A DNA stretch of 64,000 nt from the human T2T-CHM13v2.0 reference genome, Homo sapiens (GCF_009914755.1 NC_060935.1); one strand, 5' to 3'; numbered from the stretch's first letter, positions 24,775 through 39,787 are shown. Program-made: numbers and translations. The notes: generated by a model from the sequence alone, not told the origin.

Positions 24775-25620
24775 CAAAAATTGAATGTAACCTAGGAACT
24801 AGAGCTACAATAGTGAAAAACAAAATTGCTTCTCTCATAGCTTACATTCTCCTGGCAGAGACATAATAAACCAAATAAATTTAAACAATACTATAATATA
24901 TTAGGTAATGAAGCATGCTAAGAATAAATGAGAGTGTGGAATGGGCTGTGATACATTAGTGGACATTGAAATTTTAGATACATTGTCCAGGGAAGGCTTC
25001 CTTGTGATGGTGACTTGAGAATTGAGACCTGGAGGATGCTAACCATGCTGATAATTGGTAGAGGGCATTCTTAGAGAACCACAAGGGCAAAAGCTCTAAG
25101 GTGGGATTGTGTCTGGTGTTCCAGCAACAGAAAGGGGGCTGTTGGGATTGTACTTGAGAGAGGGAAGACCAGAATGCCATGGAGGCAGAGAAGGAATGGC
25201 AATGGGAAGGGGATCACATCATGTAGGGTCCTGAAGTTCTTGATTAGCATACGCTGGCTTTTAGTTTGAGTGAGATGCTAAACTCCTTGGGGGTTTTGAG
25301 GAAAAGAAGTTGCAGGTTCTGCTTTACATTATAACAAGATCTCTTGGGTTGCTGTTTTCAGAACTGACTGATGTGGGAAAGGGGAGGAGCTGAACAGCAT
25401 TTGAGAGGCTACTCTGATAATCCAAATAAGGTACAATAATCATAATAGGGTGGTGGCTTGGGATGGTTTCCAGATATGTATATAGGGTAGAATCAACAAG
25501 ATTTGCTGATGGGCCAGTTTGGATGTGAGAGAAATTGAGAATGACTTAAAAGATTTTTAATCTGAGCATGGGAGGGTTTGAGTTCCAGTAAATGAGAATC
25601 AAGGATAGCTGCAGGAAGAA
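24775..25620 (-). mobile_element. L2 LINE fragment
   Basis: tctctcatagcttacattct, cagggaaggcttcctt, caagatttgctgatgg. Confidence 0.8.
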
Positions 25621-27413
25621 GTATGACAATTCATAGTAAAATATCTGAATTAATATATGTCACCTTGATTACTCTCTTGATTACACCTCCTGTTACCTCT
25701 GGAGGGTATAATCGCAAAGAAATGAAAATGAGTTTTCATTATTTTATTTTGCCTCCTTCCATATCGACAGACTTGCTTATAATACATTTGTTTTTATTCA
25801 TTATGTTGCAATGGAAAAAAGAACACTTCTGATGTTCTTGGGTGAATCAATTTCATACAGGGTCTTCATGGTTATATGAATGTATGTCACAGGTATTCTT
25901 ATGAGTAATTAAATGAATAATGCCATAATTTTCAGTCCATTTCTTGGTTGCAGAAATCGAGCAAAATGTGGCTGATAAAATATGTGTAATAATTAATTTT
26001 ACTGTATTTGGAAATGTGATGTATTCCTGATTCATCCCAAGGTGTTGCTTAGAACTGAGGGCAAAACCATAAGTCAAGGTTTAATTTACTAGTGAGCTGT
26101 CCTCATTGGGCTACAGCAATGTCGAAGACTCAATCAATCCTCTGCAGGTCAGTGGGCCTCACCCTGAAAATATCTCAGTAGCAAATATCTGACTTCCATC
26201 CATTCAGTGATCACTGAATGAGCAAAGCCTCCTAGCAATGCTCAATGCACCCTGTCTGACTGGAATTAATGGACACAGGGGCTCACCACTGACTTGTTCT
26301 GTGACCCTAGACAAGCCATCTGAACTGACTTGCTCTTTCTTAATTGGGAAAGAAAATGAGGAAATGAATATTAGTTTTCTACATGCCTCTCAGATCAATT
26401 ATGGGAGTGTCAGAGGTACAGTAATCCCTTAATTAACAAATTACTTGGGAAGAAGCACTTTAATACTTTCATTTTTGAAATAATAAACTTGAAAATTCCT
26501 GCAGATCAGAGATGTCCCAGTTTGCGTCCTGACAACAATGACTCAATTGCATAATTCTCTTTGCCCCTGCAAGGGGTAAATAAGGTTTACTTTTGATATC
26601 AAAGTAATGTTCAGGGTAGGGCATGAAGGTTTAGCAGGCAATGTTTAGAAGGCAGGAAAGTACAAAACAATGATGTAAAGAGGAGTGTTATTCATTACTT
26701 TCACAGTTCAAGTTGTTTGTTTTTAACTTGTTAAGATCAGCTCTCTTTTCCTGAATGCCAAAGCTTTTCTGCTATTACTCTACAAGGTGTATAGGTCTCA
26801 AATCATTTTCTCGGGATGACAGGTGTGAAGGGGAAGTCAGACAAAATATAATACAAACAGACCTCACTCCTGCTGGGATATCAACAGGTGAGGTGCTGAA
26901 AGCTGATCAGAAGATGTTTATGACATGGCTGTAGACTCATGTGGTTTGAAGTTTGCCCTTGAGTAAAGGTGTGGGGAGGGGTTTCGTAAGCAATGACTAA
27001 ACATAAAAAGAGAACAAGTGTGAAAATTATGTACCTCCCAGTGGACCCTCACCAGGTCCTTGTCAATGGATCTTCTACCTCCTGAGTCCCTCTCCTGGTA
27101 AACTCACTTATTTTCCAAACCTCTCTGTTGGAGGTAAAAACTCCCCATTTCTCCTTGTATCAGGATCGCTCCATCACTCATCTCAAACTCTATGTTCCTC
27201 CTTTCTTTCTTGAAGGACCTTGTTTGAAGAGTGAAGGAGAAATAGTTTTGGGGGAGTATCTCCACTTCATGTGGCTTAGGTTACAGCGCCAAGGAAATAA
27301 GGAAATTGAAGATGTTTGCACTAAGAAGGCATTTCATTCCGTTTTATACACTTTAAGAGATAGCGTAAAAAGTTGAATTAGATGGCCACTTTGGAAAGCC
27401 CATTGGTATTACC

Positions 27414-27829
27414 TGTTCTAGTGGACACTCTGCTACATGGCCCAGATTTATATTCTGAACTGAAGGATTTATTTTTCCAGCTGCACTGAGGGTTGCTGCT
27501 GGAATAGCCTTTAGCTTTCAGCCCTCTCTGGAAGTTGCCCTCAGGTGAAGAGTGACTTTTCATGTATGGTCGTTTCTTCCAGGGCAAAGCCTGCTCTAAT
27601 TACTGTTCAGTGGGGAACATAATTTTTTAGCCTCATTGCCTCAACAGTAACTCTGAAGCGTCATCACAGCTTCAAGGATCTCTGTGGAGCTAACTGTAGC
27701 TGGCTTTCACTTAATCTTGTTACCTTCTTTTCTTCTGTGGATGTCAAGTCTGCAAACACTCGCCAGTCAACTTCCTACATGTAAATCTCTGTCTCAGAAT
27801 TTGCCTTCTGGGGAAACTAATGCACAACA
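27414..27829 (+). mobile_element. LTR16-family (ERVL) solo LTR
   Basis: 3' end cctacatgtaaatctctgtctcagaatttgccttctggggaaactaatgcacaaca. Confidence 0.75.
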
Positions 27830-27844
27830 TCTACTAAAGCTGGG

Positions 27845-28152
27845 GGAAAATATACTTATAATCCAGGAATTATAATACTCATCATAGCCCTTAGAGAAAT
27901 TTGTATATATTTACATCAGGATGCATATACCAATGTTCACAATGGTATGATTTGTAAAATCTCCAACTGTAAATCTAAATAAATATAAATATCGACTCGG
28001 TAGAATAGATGAATAAATCATGGAAAAATTAGATAACAACTACATATACAAATACTGAAAATGAATGAACTACAGCTCTAGATACCACAACATGAATGAA
28101 TAGTATATATCTGAGGGGAAGAAGTAAGACACTAAAGAATATATGTAGTAAG

Positions 28153-28185
<33 letters not shown>

Positions 28186-28470
28186 TATATATTACAGTAA
28201 TATACACATAACTACATATATAGTCAATTCATCATAGACAAAGCATAAACTGCTGTTTTAAAATGTGCATGTAGGTTTAAAACTATAAGGAAAAGTAACT
28301 GATTAGCATAAAATTCAAGATAGTGTTTATTTTTGATGGAGAGGGGTTATGACTAAGAATACACAGGAGACTTCTGGAGAATGAAATATTTCTGTTTCTA
28401 TACTGAGGTGGTATTAGCTTAGATGGTTAGCTTTAATTACCTTTGACTATTAGAATGTACTTTAAAAATG
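27845..28470 (+). mobile_element. Old L1ME/MD 3' fragment with an internal (TA)n(CA)n
   Basis: gaaaatgaatgaactacagct...caacatgaatgaat; microsatellite at ~28153-28190. Confidence 0.7.
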
Positions 28471-29869
28471 AGACTGTATGTCAGGAAGAACTATGCTACC
28501 AGATTTAACTAAGTTGCACACGTTTATGAGATGTCTGGAACTCATCTATCTAGTCAAGTGTATCCCGAAAAAATCGATGGGTCTTAAAACTTGTTTAAGA
28601 AAAAACCACCCTGAAACTAAGTTTTTTGTAGTTATAAGACTGTCTCTTAAAGAAGATAGAGCCTCAGGCCTTAATATAAAGCTGCTTCATGAAATCAAAT
28701 TTAAGTTGTAATGTTTTGTTCAAAATAGTGTTTTGTGATTGTCTTTTAACTAAGAATATTTTCAAGACTGTAGATACTACTTGTGCTGAGGAGGTCCCAC
28801 CCCCTTAGTGTGTGGTTGTCCAACTTTTAAATGTGGCTGTCCCTGGAAGGAGCTAGGACTATGCTCTGGCTGGCTTATGCTGCGGGGACAGATGGCTGAT
28901 TTTCTTGAATAGCTCAGGGATACAGAACACATACCTGGTCTGTGCTTCTTTGTTTGCACCTGCTGAGACCCACTTACGGACGTTTTGCTCCTTCCCAGCT
29001 GCACAAAGAAAAACCTTGCACGCTATTGAAAAACTAAGTTCCCATGACCTTTTCTTTCCCACTATCAACAATCATCAATTTTGCCTAGACTCATGAGAAA
29101 GCAAGGCTTTAAGTTGCTTTATCTTCATTCATTCATGCCCTCATTCATTTATTTATTCAATAAGTGTTTATGAGTCCTTACCTTGCCCCAAGAACTTTTC
29201 TTAAAAATAGCATTATATACATGATAAAAAATTTTTTTTTAAATAATTCCTGGCTCAATAGAGCTTTTCCTGTTGTCAGGCACCCTTCCTGTTATTCCTT
29301 ACTGCATTTGAGGAGGACAGAAAGCAGCATTAAAGCTTCCCTTCAAAGTCTATGTGAAAGACTCTCTTGTTTTGAAACAAAGGAAAAAACAAAACAACCA
29401 AACAACATCTGCTTCTGGCTTCATACCCCAAACTGGATAATTAGTTCTAAATAAATAAATACATGGTTCTCATATCTTCTGTATTACTTCTAACTTTAAT
29501 TATAAAGTCCTGATAGAAAGGTGCATGATCAGGTCATGAAAGCCCACAATCAAATGGTTAAATCACAGAATCTGCATAAATCATATTTATCTGGATCCTA
29601 AATAATGTGTGTTTCAAGCTTTCCTCCATTCTTTATATCAAAATAAATTTCAAACTTTTTCAATTTCTTCATGCCTTAGAAACTTGGAGTCTTTAATATT
29701 CAGAACATAAAATTGCTCTGAGGAATAAATGAAATCCTGGAGATAAAGTGCACGGTGTCCACAGCACACATTGTTGGTAGCCTTAATGGCTTCTGCTTCC
29801 TGGTCCCATTCCTAATAGGGCCTCCGTGGATTTCCTAGCCACTCTGTTTTGATAGATTTGACATCGATT

Positions 29870-30280
29870 TCCAGGGGCAGAGGTTGGCCCTAGTTAGCGT
29901 AAGCAATTTAGAGTATTCTGTTTTCTTGGAATACAGAGATTGATTTAAAGATGGCACATGGCACAGTTTTAGACAGTGAGACTGAGGGGACATTTTCTGT
30001 GGGCTTCAAGAATGAAGATTTCTTACTTTTTTGCATGAACTCCCCAAAGAGATACCCCTCATCTCTGCTGGATGTAAATGAGGGGTAGCTGTTACTGGCA
30101 GCCATCATGAAAGGAAGCCTGAGAAACAAAGGGAGAGAAAGAATAGAATTCAGTCTTTGGTGATGTTATGAGCTGCTGGACCAAATCTCTTCTGTGAATA
30201 TGTTAGTTAAATGAATCAATACATTCTCTTTATTATTTAGGACTATTGATTTCAGCTTTTTGTTATATCCAATAAAAAAA
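29870..30280 (+). mobile_element. Old MLT1 (J/K-like) LTR
   Basis: ggcagccatcatg, gagctgctggaccaa, tgaatcaatacattctcttta. Confidence 0.65.
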
Positions 30281-33200
30281 ATCTGTGTACCTCAATGTAA
30301 AATACCTTCACTAAATGTATTCTATTTTAAGTCAAATGGCAAAATGTTTTTAATTTAATTCAGAAAATTATTTAAAATATCAGTGACTTTTTGAAATAGG
30401 ATAGACATCTTAGCACCTGGTATTCTAGCATATGGCCTATAAAATCTCCCTAAGTGTTTTAATTTCTCTTCTGGAATGGAATATGAAAAAAATAAGACCT
30501 AGAAGGAAATATGTGGGTTTATATTCTTTAATTTACCATACAAATTAAAAATTTACACGTCTAAGTTTAATCCTAGTAATATTCAGCTACCTTGCCTACA
30601 TCCCTCCTTGCTGCCTTTCATTTCACTATAGCTTGCTCTTTCTTGCCCCTGGAAAATGCCTCTAAATCCCTGAACCTGTCAATTTTCACAAGCGTGTAAT
30701 TTTACTTTAGCTAAATTCTAAACACCAGCAAGAGGTGAATTTGACAAAGGAACTGTGAAAGAGTCTTATCTACTGTGACACAACTGCTACCACCTTAATA
30801 TCTATTAAGTAGCACAGAATTATAGTGTAACAACTCTGAAATTGCTGTGACATCTGCATGAATACCAAATAGATTTGTTATGTTCAGACTTATTACAAAA
30901 AGCACTTCCTGAATTTTAAATGATGAAGATTCTTACAAATTAATAGTTATCAAGTGAGATACTTTCTAATGTATATATGTTATTTAAAGATCGCGGTTCA
31001 GTTAAATGTAGGTAACGGTACAAGTGCTACTGCCACTCACTAGCTACTGATGTTTGGAGAAATAGTCTTAATTTTGAAAGCTTTCAAGTGGCATTATTTT
31101 AAGAAAAGTACACCTTCACTTTAAGTGCTACCTGTCATTCACCCCGTCTCTCTGGAGATGAAGAAAAAAGTAAAGAAGGAAGAAAGTGATAAATGTCCAT
31201 ATTATGGGGTTTTTGCCTTTTTGAAAGCCCATTCCCCATTGCACTAGCTGGAATTTTATAGAGACATAAATCACAAAGAAATAAGAAGCCAGTAATGAGA
31301 TAGAAGTATATTTGAAATATGGATGCAAATTCTTACCACCTGCTGAGTGAAAGCAGTCTGCAGAGACTATCCTGGAAACTGAGGTGCCATTAGCATCTTG
31401 TAAGCTCTAAATTTGCAGCAGAAGAATAGAGGAGTTATGCCTGTGAAATGCCAAAGGCCGCCCTGATTTATTTCCCAGCAGAATGTTTCAGCCACATCTA
31501 CATAAATATTTTAACAGGAATTTAATTTTCATTTTAGTCACACAATAAATCTTTTTATTATATACCATCATTTTGTCCTAAATGAGTTGCCTTTTTCATG
31601 CAATGTGTGCTCATTCTTTTTTTGTTTGATAAATACAATTTTAATATACAAAGGAACAATGGGTTTATTTACACAAGAGCCTTGCCATGGGCTGTTTAAT
31701 CTTAGCCATGAATTCTATTTATTTTAGTATGATTTATACAGCAGGTACCAATTGGCTCATATATAACTTCACAGTTTGTTCTTAGACCTTCAGAGCATTA
31801 GGAAAATCGAGGCAGTGAGGAGGTGTGGAATTCAAGTAATTTTACAAGTGGATATTCTTTTTGGATATGGGCTTAGATGCATTGGCTGTAAAAATATACA
31901 CATTGCTCCATTTTCAATCTGGTTGTCAGAGTGTTTCATCAAGTGGAATGTGAGAATTCTGGACAGTGTGAGGTTGATGGAATCTCACCTTATTTAAGTT
32001 TCATGTGTCACCCTGTTTCCTTGACTATGACCACATTGTAAACAGTGAAAGTGATGATAACTACTTTTGAACCCCCTAGGAAGAAAGTAAAAGGTATTGC
32101 TTTTCATATACTTATTGAGAAAACATACAGCACTAAGCAGACTCTATTGGTTGGATGCATATTGGATGTTTATCCTGGAACCAATTACTTAACCAAGTCT
32201 GACAGTTGTGGTCAAGATACTAAAAGTGACACTTGTAAAGTGTCAATCAGCTGGTGGTTTAGGCAACAATAGTCTCTGTCTGTATCGTCTCCCCTTAAAT
32301 TTTGTTTGAAAATATTTTATTTCATAACCTTTTACTTTAAAATGTAAACAATTGAGAGTTTAATTTTGAAGATGGGGGAACCTAAAAAATTGTAATACAA
32401 TGATAAAAGCTCTACAAATCTTTATATCTTCATCAAAAATTGTTGACATTGAAATTAAGGTTGAATAAGCAGGATGGAAAATAGTTTCGTATTTTGTTGG
32501 AAGAGGTGATATATGAAAAAGAGTTTAAGACATATGAATTTTTTTTCAGCATTCCTATTTGTACAGAAGAAAAAGATTTTTTTTTCTGAATACCTCTTAT
32601 TTAAAATGAAAACACCATTATGTTGGCTAACAACAGCCAAAGTTCTAGTTTTTGAGGCCATATCTTTATTCCTAAGTAAATGATGAGAATTAAAATTAAT
32701 TTTTTCACTCGAGGCCACTTATATCAGTTTTGCAAATATTTGCTTTTTTACTTGTTTTTGTCAGTAGTTTATTATATGGTTCTAAGATCTAACAAATATC
32801 TTTGCTCTCATCTGTGTGACAAGCCTGAGCATCTCCCTGAAAATATATGATGACAACAGAGCAATAAAACCTCATAATTTTTAATAAATGGATATGGGAT
32901 GAGAAAAATGGATTAGTTCAGACTTGTCCATCCACTTATTACTTACAGATGGCCCTCTCTGGCTTCTCTGATTTTTTTAATATCTTACTTTATTGTTGGA
33001 ATTTTTGACAAAGGAAGTCTGTTATCTTTGTGTAAATGAAAAATGTTTCTTTCATTCATACTTAATAGACTAATAAACTCAGTCTTGTTTATACTGTTCA
33101 TTTTCTCCACTAGCTCTGTCTGAATGTGTTTTTCCCTCTATTTTTATATGGGAATCCTAGCAATGTTTATGTCCTGGCTCATACGCTACCTTTGATTGTT

Positions 33201-33389
33201 TACACTTACATTTATGCATGTGTTAATCCAATCATTGCCTGTTATGAATCATGCACACTTGTAGAAACTACAGAGACAGCTCTAAAGGAGGCAACATCTC
33301 TTTCTACAGCTTCCTGGAAACATCTCATTCTCTCTTTGTTATTTCATATTATAAGTTGTTTGAGGCTATACTGTATATTTGATTTATCT

Positions 33390-33468
33390 TTGTGTCCCTA
33401 GCAAGTTCCAAGAGAGTGCCTTACACATACTAAGCACTCATAAATGTTTATCAAATAAGTGAATAAAT
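33390..33468 (+). mobile_element. L2 3' end
   Basis: agtgccttacacatactaagcactcataaatgtttatcaaataagtgaataaa. Confidence 0.65.
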
Positions 33469-33609
33469 TACCTTGCCCTATTTATGAGGACGTGGTTTGC
33501 CAAGCACAAATAACCTTAGCACAAAAACCAAGTTAAATTAATAAAATATAACTTTGGTTTAATTGTACCTATGATTTAGTTACAGTGTATAATATGATGT
33601 ACTGACTAA

Positions 33610-34090
<481 letters not shown>

Positions 34091-34251
34091 GAAAAATTCT
34101 TAATACTGTTATTTTGTATTAGTTGCTGTAATCATAGTTATTAGGATTAATATCTGAGGTTTTGATTTAATTCCCTCTTCGGCTGACTCCCATAAAGTAG
34201 CAGAGTTATCTGTTTTGGGAAGTTAACAATGTCAGAAGCTTTCTTTTTCAG

Positions 34252-34378
34252 TGTATGTGTGTGTCTGTGTATATATGTATATACACATATATAATGTGTA
34301 TATACATATGCATATATAAGCTATATATATAAATATATATTATATATCTATATTTCTATATATTTACATTTATATAAA
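34252..34378. repeat. (TG)/(TA)-rich low-complexity tract
   Basis: Degenerate tatata runs. Confidence 0.8.
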
Positions 34379-35166
34379 GTATTTAAGTTATGTTAATATA
34401 ACTAACACCTGATTACAACCCAATTTGTCAGGTTTAAAGTTCACTGCAGTGTTTGGGCTGTCACATGAGTCTACAGTGAAAATAAAGTAAATTTATCCTT
34501 ATGATCACATTTTCCATGATGTTCTTTTAAACTAGAGATAATAATTAAAATATATTTTGTCTTTCACTTTTGTTAAATCTGAGAAAACTACTGTTTCTGT
34601 TCTGATTACCAAATCTTCTGTTTATTCATTTCTTTTCCAGGGAGATGAAAAAGACATGGCTTTCTAACAAGGAGAAGACTGAGCTCCAAACAAGTCATAA
34701 TCCTAGAGACAGGTACCTGGGCAAGGTAACACTATTAATAAGAGTTTGTTAAGGAAAAGTATGGTGGAAGTGTAAACGGTTTTGCCAGCCTCTACCTTCA
34801 GCTCTCTATTGCGGTTAAGTGAGAATGAAAGCAAACATTTTACATTTCCTGCCCTTAAACAAAGGAAAGCTTTATGTGTAAATTTTCATACTCTTTTTCT
34901 TTGTGGTCTGAGATTGGGTAAAGTCAGGGAAGGAAGACATATATGATAGAGCAATGTCAATTACGAAGACCTTAGTTTCCAGGCAGAGCATTTGAGATTT
35001 CAGCTACAGACTTCCATTTAATGCTTTAAAATGTAACAATAAGCCTTTGGTTGGTCAATGTTAAGTGGTTGGACTTTATGTAACATGTTTTGCCATCTCA
35101 GTTCATTCCAGTGTATCGGTGTTCCAGAGCCAGGATGCAGAAAAACTCATCTCATTCTTTAAAACA

Positions 35167-35373
35167 CAGTTTTTTAAACAGCACTGTTGACATTTTGAGC
35201 CAGGTAGTTCTTTGTTCTGGAGGACTCATCTCTACATTGAGGGATGTTTAGCTTCATCCCTGGCCTCTCTCTAGATGCCAGTAGCACCTCTCCAAAACTG
35301 TGACAGCCAAGTGTCTCCAAACATTGTTAGATGTCTCCTGGGGGGCATAATCATTCCCAGTGGAGAAGCACTG
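35167..35373 (+). mobile_element. MER20 (hAT-Charlie)
   Basis: cagcactgttgacattttgagccaggtagttctttgtt ... ctagatgccagtagcacc ... gagaagcactg. Confidence 0.9.
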
Positions 35374-35394
35374 ATTTAGAATAATAATTAATGA

Positions 35395-35550
35395 ATCAAC
35401 ATTTAGTGAGTACTAATTATATTTCAAACGCTGGGCTTGGACCTTTACATCCTTACAACAACTCTAAAATGTAGGCATTATTGCTTTCTGTTGTAAAAAG
35501 AAATGGAAATCCAGAACGGTTAAATAATTTTCCTAAGATTACATAGTAAA
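35395..35550 (-). mobile_element. MIR SINE
   Basis: aacatttagtgagtactaa ... ggttaaataattttcctaagattacatag. Confidence 0.7.
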
Positions 35551-35889
35551 TGATCAACATTTTTTCCTTACTATGTTGCCCATCTGATGCTTCTTTTGAC
35601 ACAGAGACAGAGCTACTGAATCTTAACATTGTCAGTTGTAAAAATAGCAAATTATGAAAAAGGAAGAGGGATAAATTTCAGAGTGTTCCAGTTTAGAATA
35701 CAGAAAAAAAAGGTATCAATGTATAATGGTCATTATGAAGTATAAAATGATTATGAATATGAAGGCTCCAAGATATTATCATTAATTAATACTTTAGTTC
35801 ATTTCTGGGCTCGGTGTTTGATAATCATTTCTTTTAAGATGTCAAATTTCCTTCACTAAGTAGTTCTTTCATCACACAAATTACAGAGA

Positions 35890-36150
35890 CCCAGGAGACA
35901 TAAAAACCAAATGTATCGTCTAATCTTAGATTTGATCTTGGAGCAGAAAAACACATGAGTGGAAAAGCTGCTGATATGAGTGTTTTATTTAATAATATGG
36001 TTCCAGTGTTAGTGTCTTAGTTTTGATAATTATATGATAGTTATGCAAGATGTCCACATTAGAGGACAGTACCTGAAGGGTATATGGGAACTTTCTGCAT
36101 TATTTTTGCAACTTTTCTTTAAATATAACATTTAAACATTTTCTAAAAAA
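35890..36150 (+). mobile_element. L1MC4/5-like 3' end
   Basis: gaagggtatatgggaactttctgcattatttttgcaactttt. Confidence 0.75.
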
Positions 36151-37903
36151 TTAAAAACACAACAAATGTAAAAGTTAAAAACAAAACCATACTGTATTAA
36201 GAAGCAGGAGATCTGGGTTTCTATTGCTAATCTACTACTTTCTACTATCACTTTTACCTTGGGAAAATAGTTACAATCTATACATTTTAGTCTTCCAAAT
36301 ATGAAAAAAGATGGTAATGATTTAACCAATACAAAAGTGTGGGGCTCGATTTCCCATAGCTTTGTAAGGCTGCTTGCTTCCAGCTCTGATAAATAATTTT
36401 CTGTTTGTCTATCATGTGCCAATCTATCATTCTAATATCTATCTCATTTTTTCCCTCTCTATATATCTCCATCTAAAACACATGTACACATACATACACA
36501 TAGAACTTTCTGCTAAAATACATTCACATTAAACCTTAATTTTGATTTTAAACTATAGAGTATGAAACAAGTATTTAAAAACGAAGTAAGTTTCACTGGC
36601 CAAGAGGCTTTGGTATTACATTACTCAGCCATCACACTAATGTGGGTTTCTTAGGCAGGTGAAAGATGAAAGGAGGTTGTGCTCCTAATGAGAATGAGGC
36701 TACATACCTAATGTTCTAGAACTGCCATTAAGAAATGCAAGTATATCACTGCTCTCTTCTGCTGAGATATTTTCCCTTATAACTATGTAGGAAACTTAGA
36801 TAAAAATGAACATTATTTGAAAAGTTTAGGATTCCTTCCTTAGAACATCATCTGTCCCTAAACATCCCACCATCTGTTCCCAAGGTTTGCATAAGAGGTA
36901 CTACTATGGGGTCAGCACAATACTGGATACATTACATAGATTGATGCACTTAATGTCTGAAAGGAGGTTTTAATGATAAACAGGTTTTTGATACCTCCAA
37001 AAAAGTGAATCTTGATTTTAAATAATAGTGAGACTGTCTGAATCTTCTCACAAAGTTCCTTGGGAAAGCTCTTAGTAATAGTTTACAGAGTATTGCATGT
37101 TACTGTATCATTAAAACACATTTAAAAGTTGTGTGTTCTACTTTAGATTGTGGTTGATATCCTTATTTTAATTTGATTGACTGGAAAATTGCAGGGAGAT
37201 AGCCACATACTGATACAAAATGAACAGTTAGAGCTTCTTTTGCAACATCAGAGAGTAGATTTCCATATGAATTGGCAGTTGTTGATGCTATGTGCAGTTG
37301 TAGCTTTGATCTGTAAGCAATGAGGGTTTAAAAATATATATATTTCATAAACATATTACTATTGGCTGTAGCTTCTGAGTTTTGAGCAGTTTCATATTGA
37401 TGAGGTAAGGTATTTCTCTACTTTGCCCACAAGGCAAACATAATAAATGAAGACTGTGTTGGAATAGTCATATATTACCCGTGAATTTACCACTGAAGTT
37501 CCTGAGCGTATGTAGGTGTTATCCTTCTTGGCACTGACACTCCATTTTCCCCCCTAGCTTTGAAAAGATTTAATTTCTTCTTATGGTCCTTATGCTTCCT
37601 TTCGCCTGTATGTTTCTCCTTGGTATAATTATAATGTTGTTCCTTCAGGTGAGATCAAAATTGATATTTCCCTTTTCATAAAGAATCAGAGAAAAAGACC
37701 CCACTGAGTTGCTTAGTATTATTTTAGGAGAAGAGAATCCCTAAAGAGCGTGTAATTTTTTTCCCAACCAATCTGAATTTATAATTCTCTTCCCCTACCC
37801 AAGCCAATTTCTGGCCATTTTCCCTTCGATATATAAGTTGAGAATGTAGAGCCTTCTATGAGTCTTTAGAGGGGCCTCCTGTACCCTCTTCCCTGTTTCT
37901 GGC

Positions 37904-38259
37904 TGATATGGTTTGGCTGTCCCCCACCCAAATCTCATCTTGAATTGTAGCTGTCATAATTCCCACGTATTATGGGAGGGATCTTGTGGGAGATAATTAA
38001 CTCATGGGGGCGGTTTCCTCTATACTGTTCTTGTCCTAGTGAATAAGTCTCATGAGATCTGATGGTTTAAAACCCCTTTCGCTTGGATCTCATTTTCTCT
38101 CTTGTCTGCTGCCATGTAAGACATGACTTTTGCCTTCCACCATGATTGTGAGGCCTCCCCAGCCACTTGGAACTGTGAGTCCATTAAACCGCTCTTTCTT
38201 TATAAATTTACCCAGTCTTGGGTACGTCTTTATCAGCACCATGAAAACAGACTAATGCA
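37904..38259 (+). mobile_element. THE1B/C MaLR solo LTR
   Basis: tgatatggtttggctgtcccccacccaaatctcatcttgaattgtag ... aaaacagactaatgca; TSD ctggc/ctggt. Confidence 0.95.
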
Positions 38260-38752
38260 CTGGTCTTTAATGCTTCTAGTAGAGTTTGAATATTCCAAAT
38301 TAAACCAAAGAAGCAAGTGCAATTGCTAAGACCTTCACTCTCCAAAACCTCTCACAATAATGTTAATCAAGATTTTCCTTTATTTTTCCCAAAAGGGACA
38401 GCTGGATAAGAGAGGCATTTTAGGGAACACATTCATTAAGTATGTTTTAAAGCTTTTGGAAGTGACCCAGAACCAAGTGGGTATGGTCAAAAGGAAGTAG
38501 TCACAAAGGAAAAAAGAATATCTCAAATTTATTGAGGCACTCACTGAGGACGTGGTAAAGCTATATATTACAGATCTGATGTGGTTGTTCTGGTAGGAAC
38601 GAGGTCTGAGGCATTCTCCCATAGTTAAAGAGTAAAGCCTTCCCATAAAGGAGGAGATATTCCTGATGTCAGTGGTCCTGGGAAGAGTTGAGCCCTAAGA
38701 TAGAAAACAGAGACTTGGGAGGTAAGACTCAAACAGGAGAGAGGAGTACATA

Positions 38753-39787
38753 CAGTTGTCCCATGAACAACACAGGTTGAACTGCATGGGTCCACTTATA
38801 TGTAGATTTTTTTTCAATAAATATTTAAAGATTTTTTTCTTGGAGATTTGCAGCAATTTGGAAAACAAAAAACAACTCAGGGACAAACTGTGTAGCCTAG
38901 AAATATTGAAAAAAATAAGAAAAAGTTATTTCATGAATGCATAAAATACACATAGACACAAATCTATTTTATAATTTACTACCATAAGATATATACAAGC
39001 CTGTTATAAAAAGCTAAATGTATCAAAATTTTGCACACAAAGTGTACATGGGGATATTAGCAGTTGTGAGAAATGTAAACAAGCACAAAATTGTAGTATT
39101 AAATTATAGCTGCATAAAATTAACTGTATTATATGCCGCACTACTGTAATAATTTTGTAGCTACCTCCAATTGTCATTGCAGTGAGCTCAAGTGTTGTGA
39201 GTATCTGCTTAAAACATCATGTGATGTTAATTTTCTCCCTCGAGTAAATTGAGGGTGGCAGTAACAAGTGATCTCTTCCAGTTCTTGCATGTTTTTCATC
39301 ATGTTGAATGCAGTACCATAAACCTTAAATAATACCATGGGACCCATCCAAAGTGCCACTAGTGATCCTGGAAGTGCTACCAAGAAGCAGAGAAAAGTCA
39401 CTATATTGTAAGAAAAAGTTGTATTACTTGATATGCACAATAGATTGATGTGTCTGCAGCTGTGGTTGCCCACCATTTCAGACAGATAATTAATCTTGTA
39501 AACAGACCACATAGGCTTACCCTATCGACAAATACAGAATAGTACTATGAATGTATTTTCTACTCCTTATGATTTTCTTAATAACATTTTCTTTTCTGTA
39601 GCTTACTTTACTATAATAATACAATATATAATACACACACATAAAAATATGTGTTAATAGACTGTTTGTGCTATCAGTAAGGTTTCTGGTCAACAATAGG
39701 GTTTTTGGAGAGTCAAAAGTTATACTCAGACTTTTGACTATGCAAGGGGTTGGTACCCTTAACCCCCACGTTGTCCAAGGTCAATTG
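38753..39787 (+). mobile_element. Tigger2-derived non-autonomous element (Tigger2b-like)
   Basis: TIRs cagttgtcccatgaacaac / gttgtccaaggtcaattg; 5' TA; remnant of the transposase start (cccaagaagcagagaaaagtc-like). Confidence 0.88.

Noticed and set aside
39174-39512. 112-aa ORF in the Tigger element
   Set aside because: Antisense to the transposase remnant; the element is internally deleted and non-autonomous.
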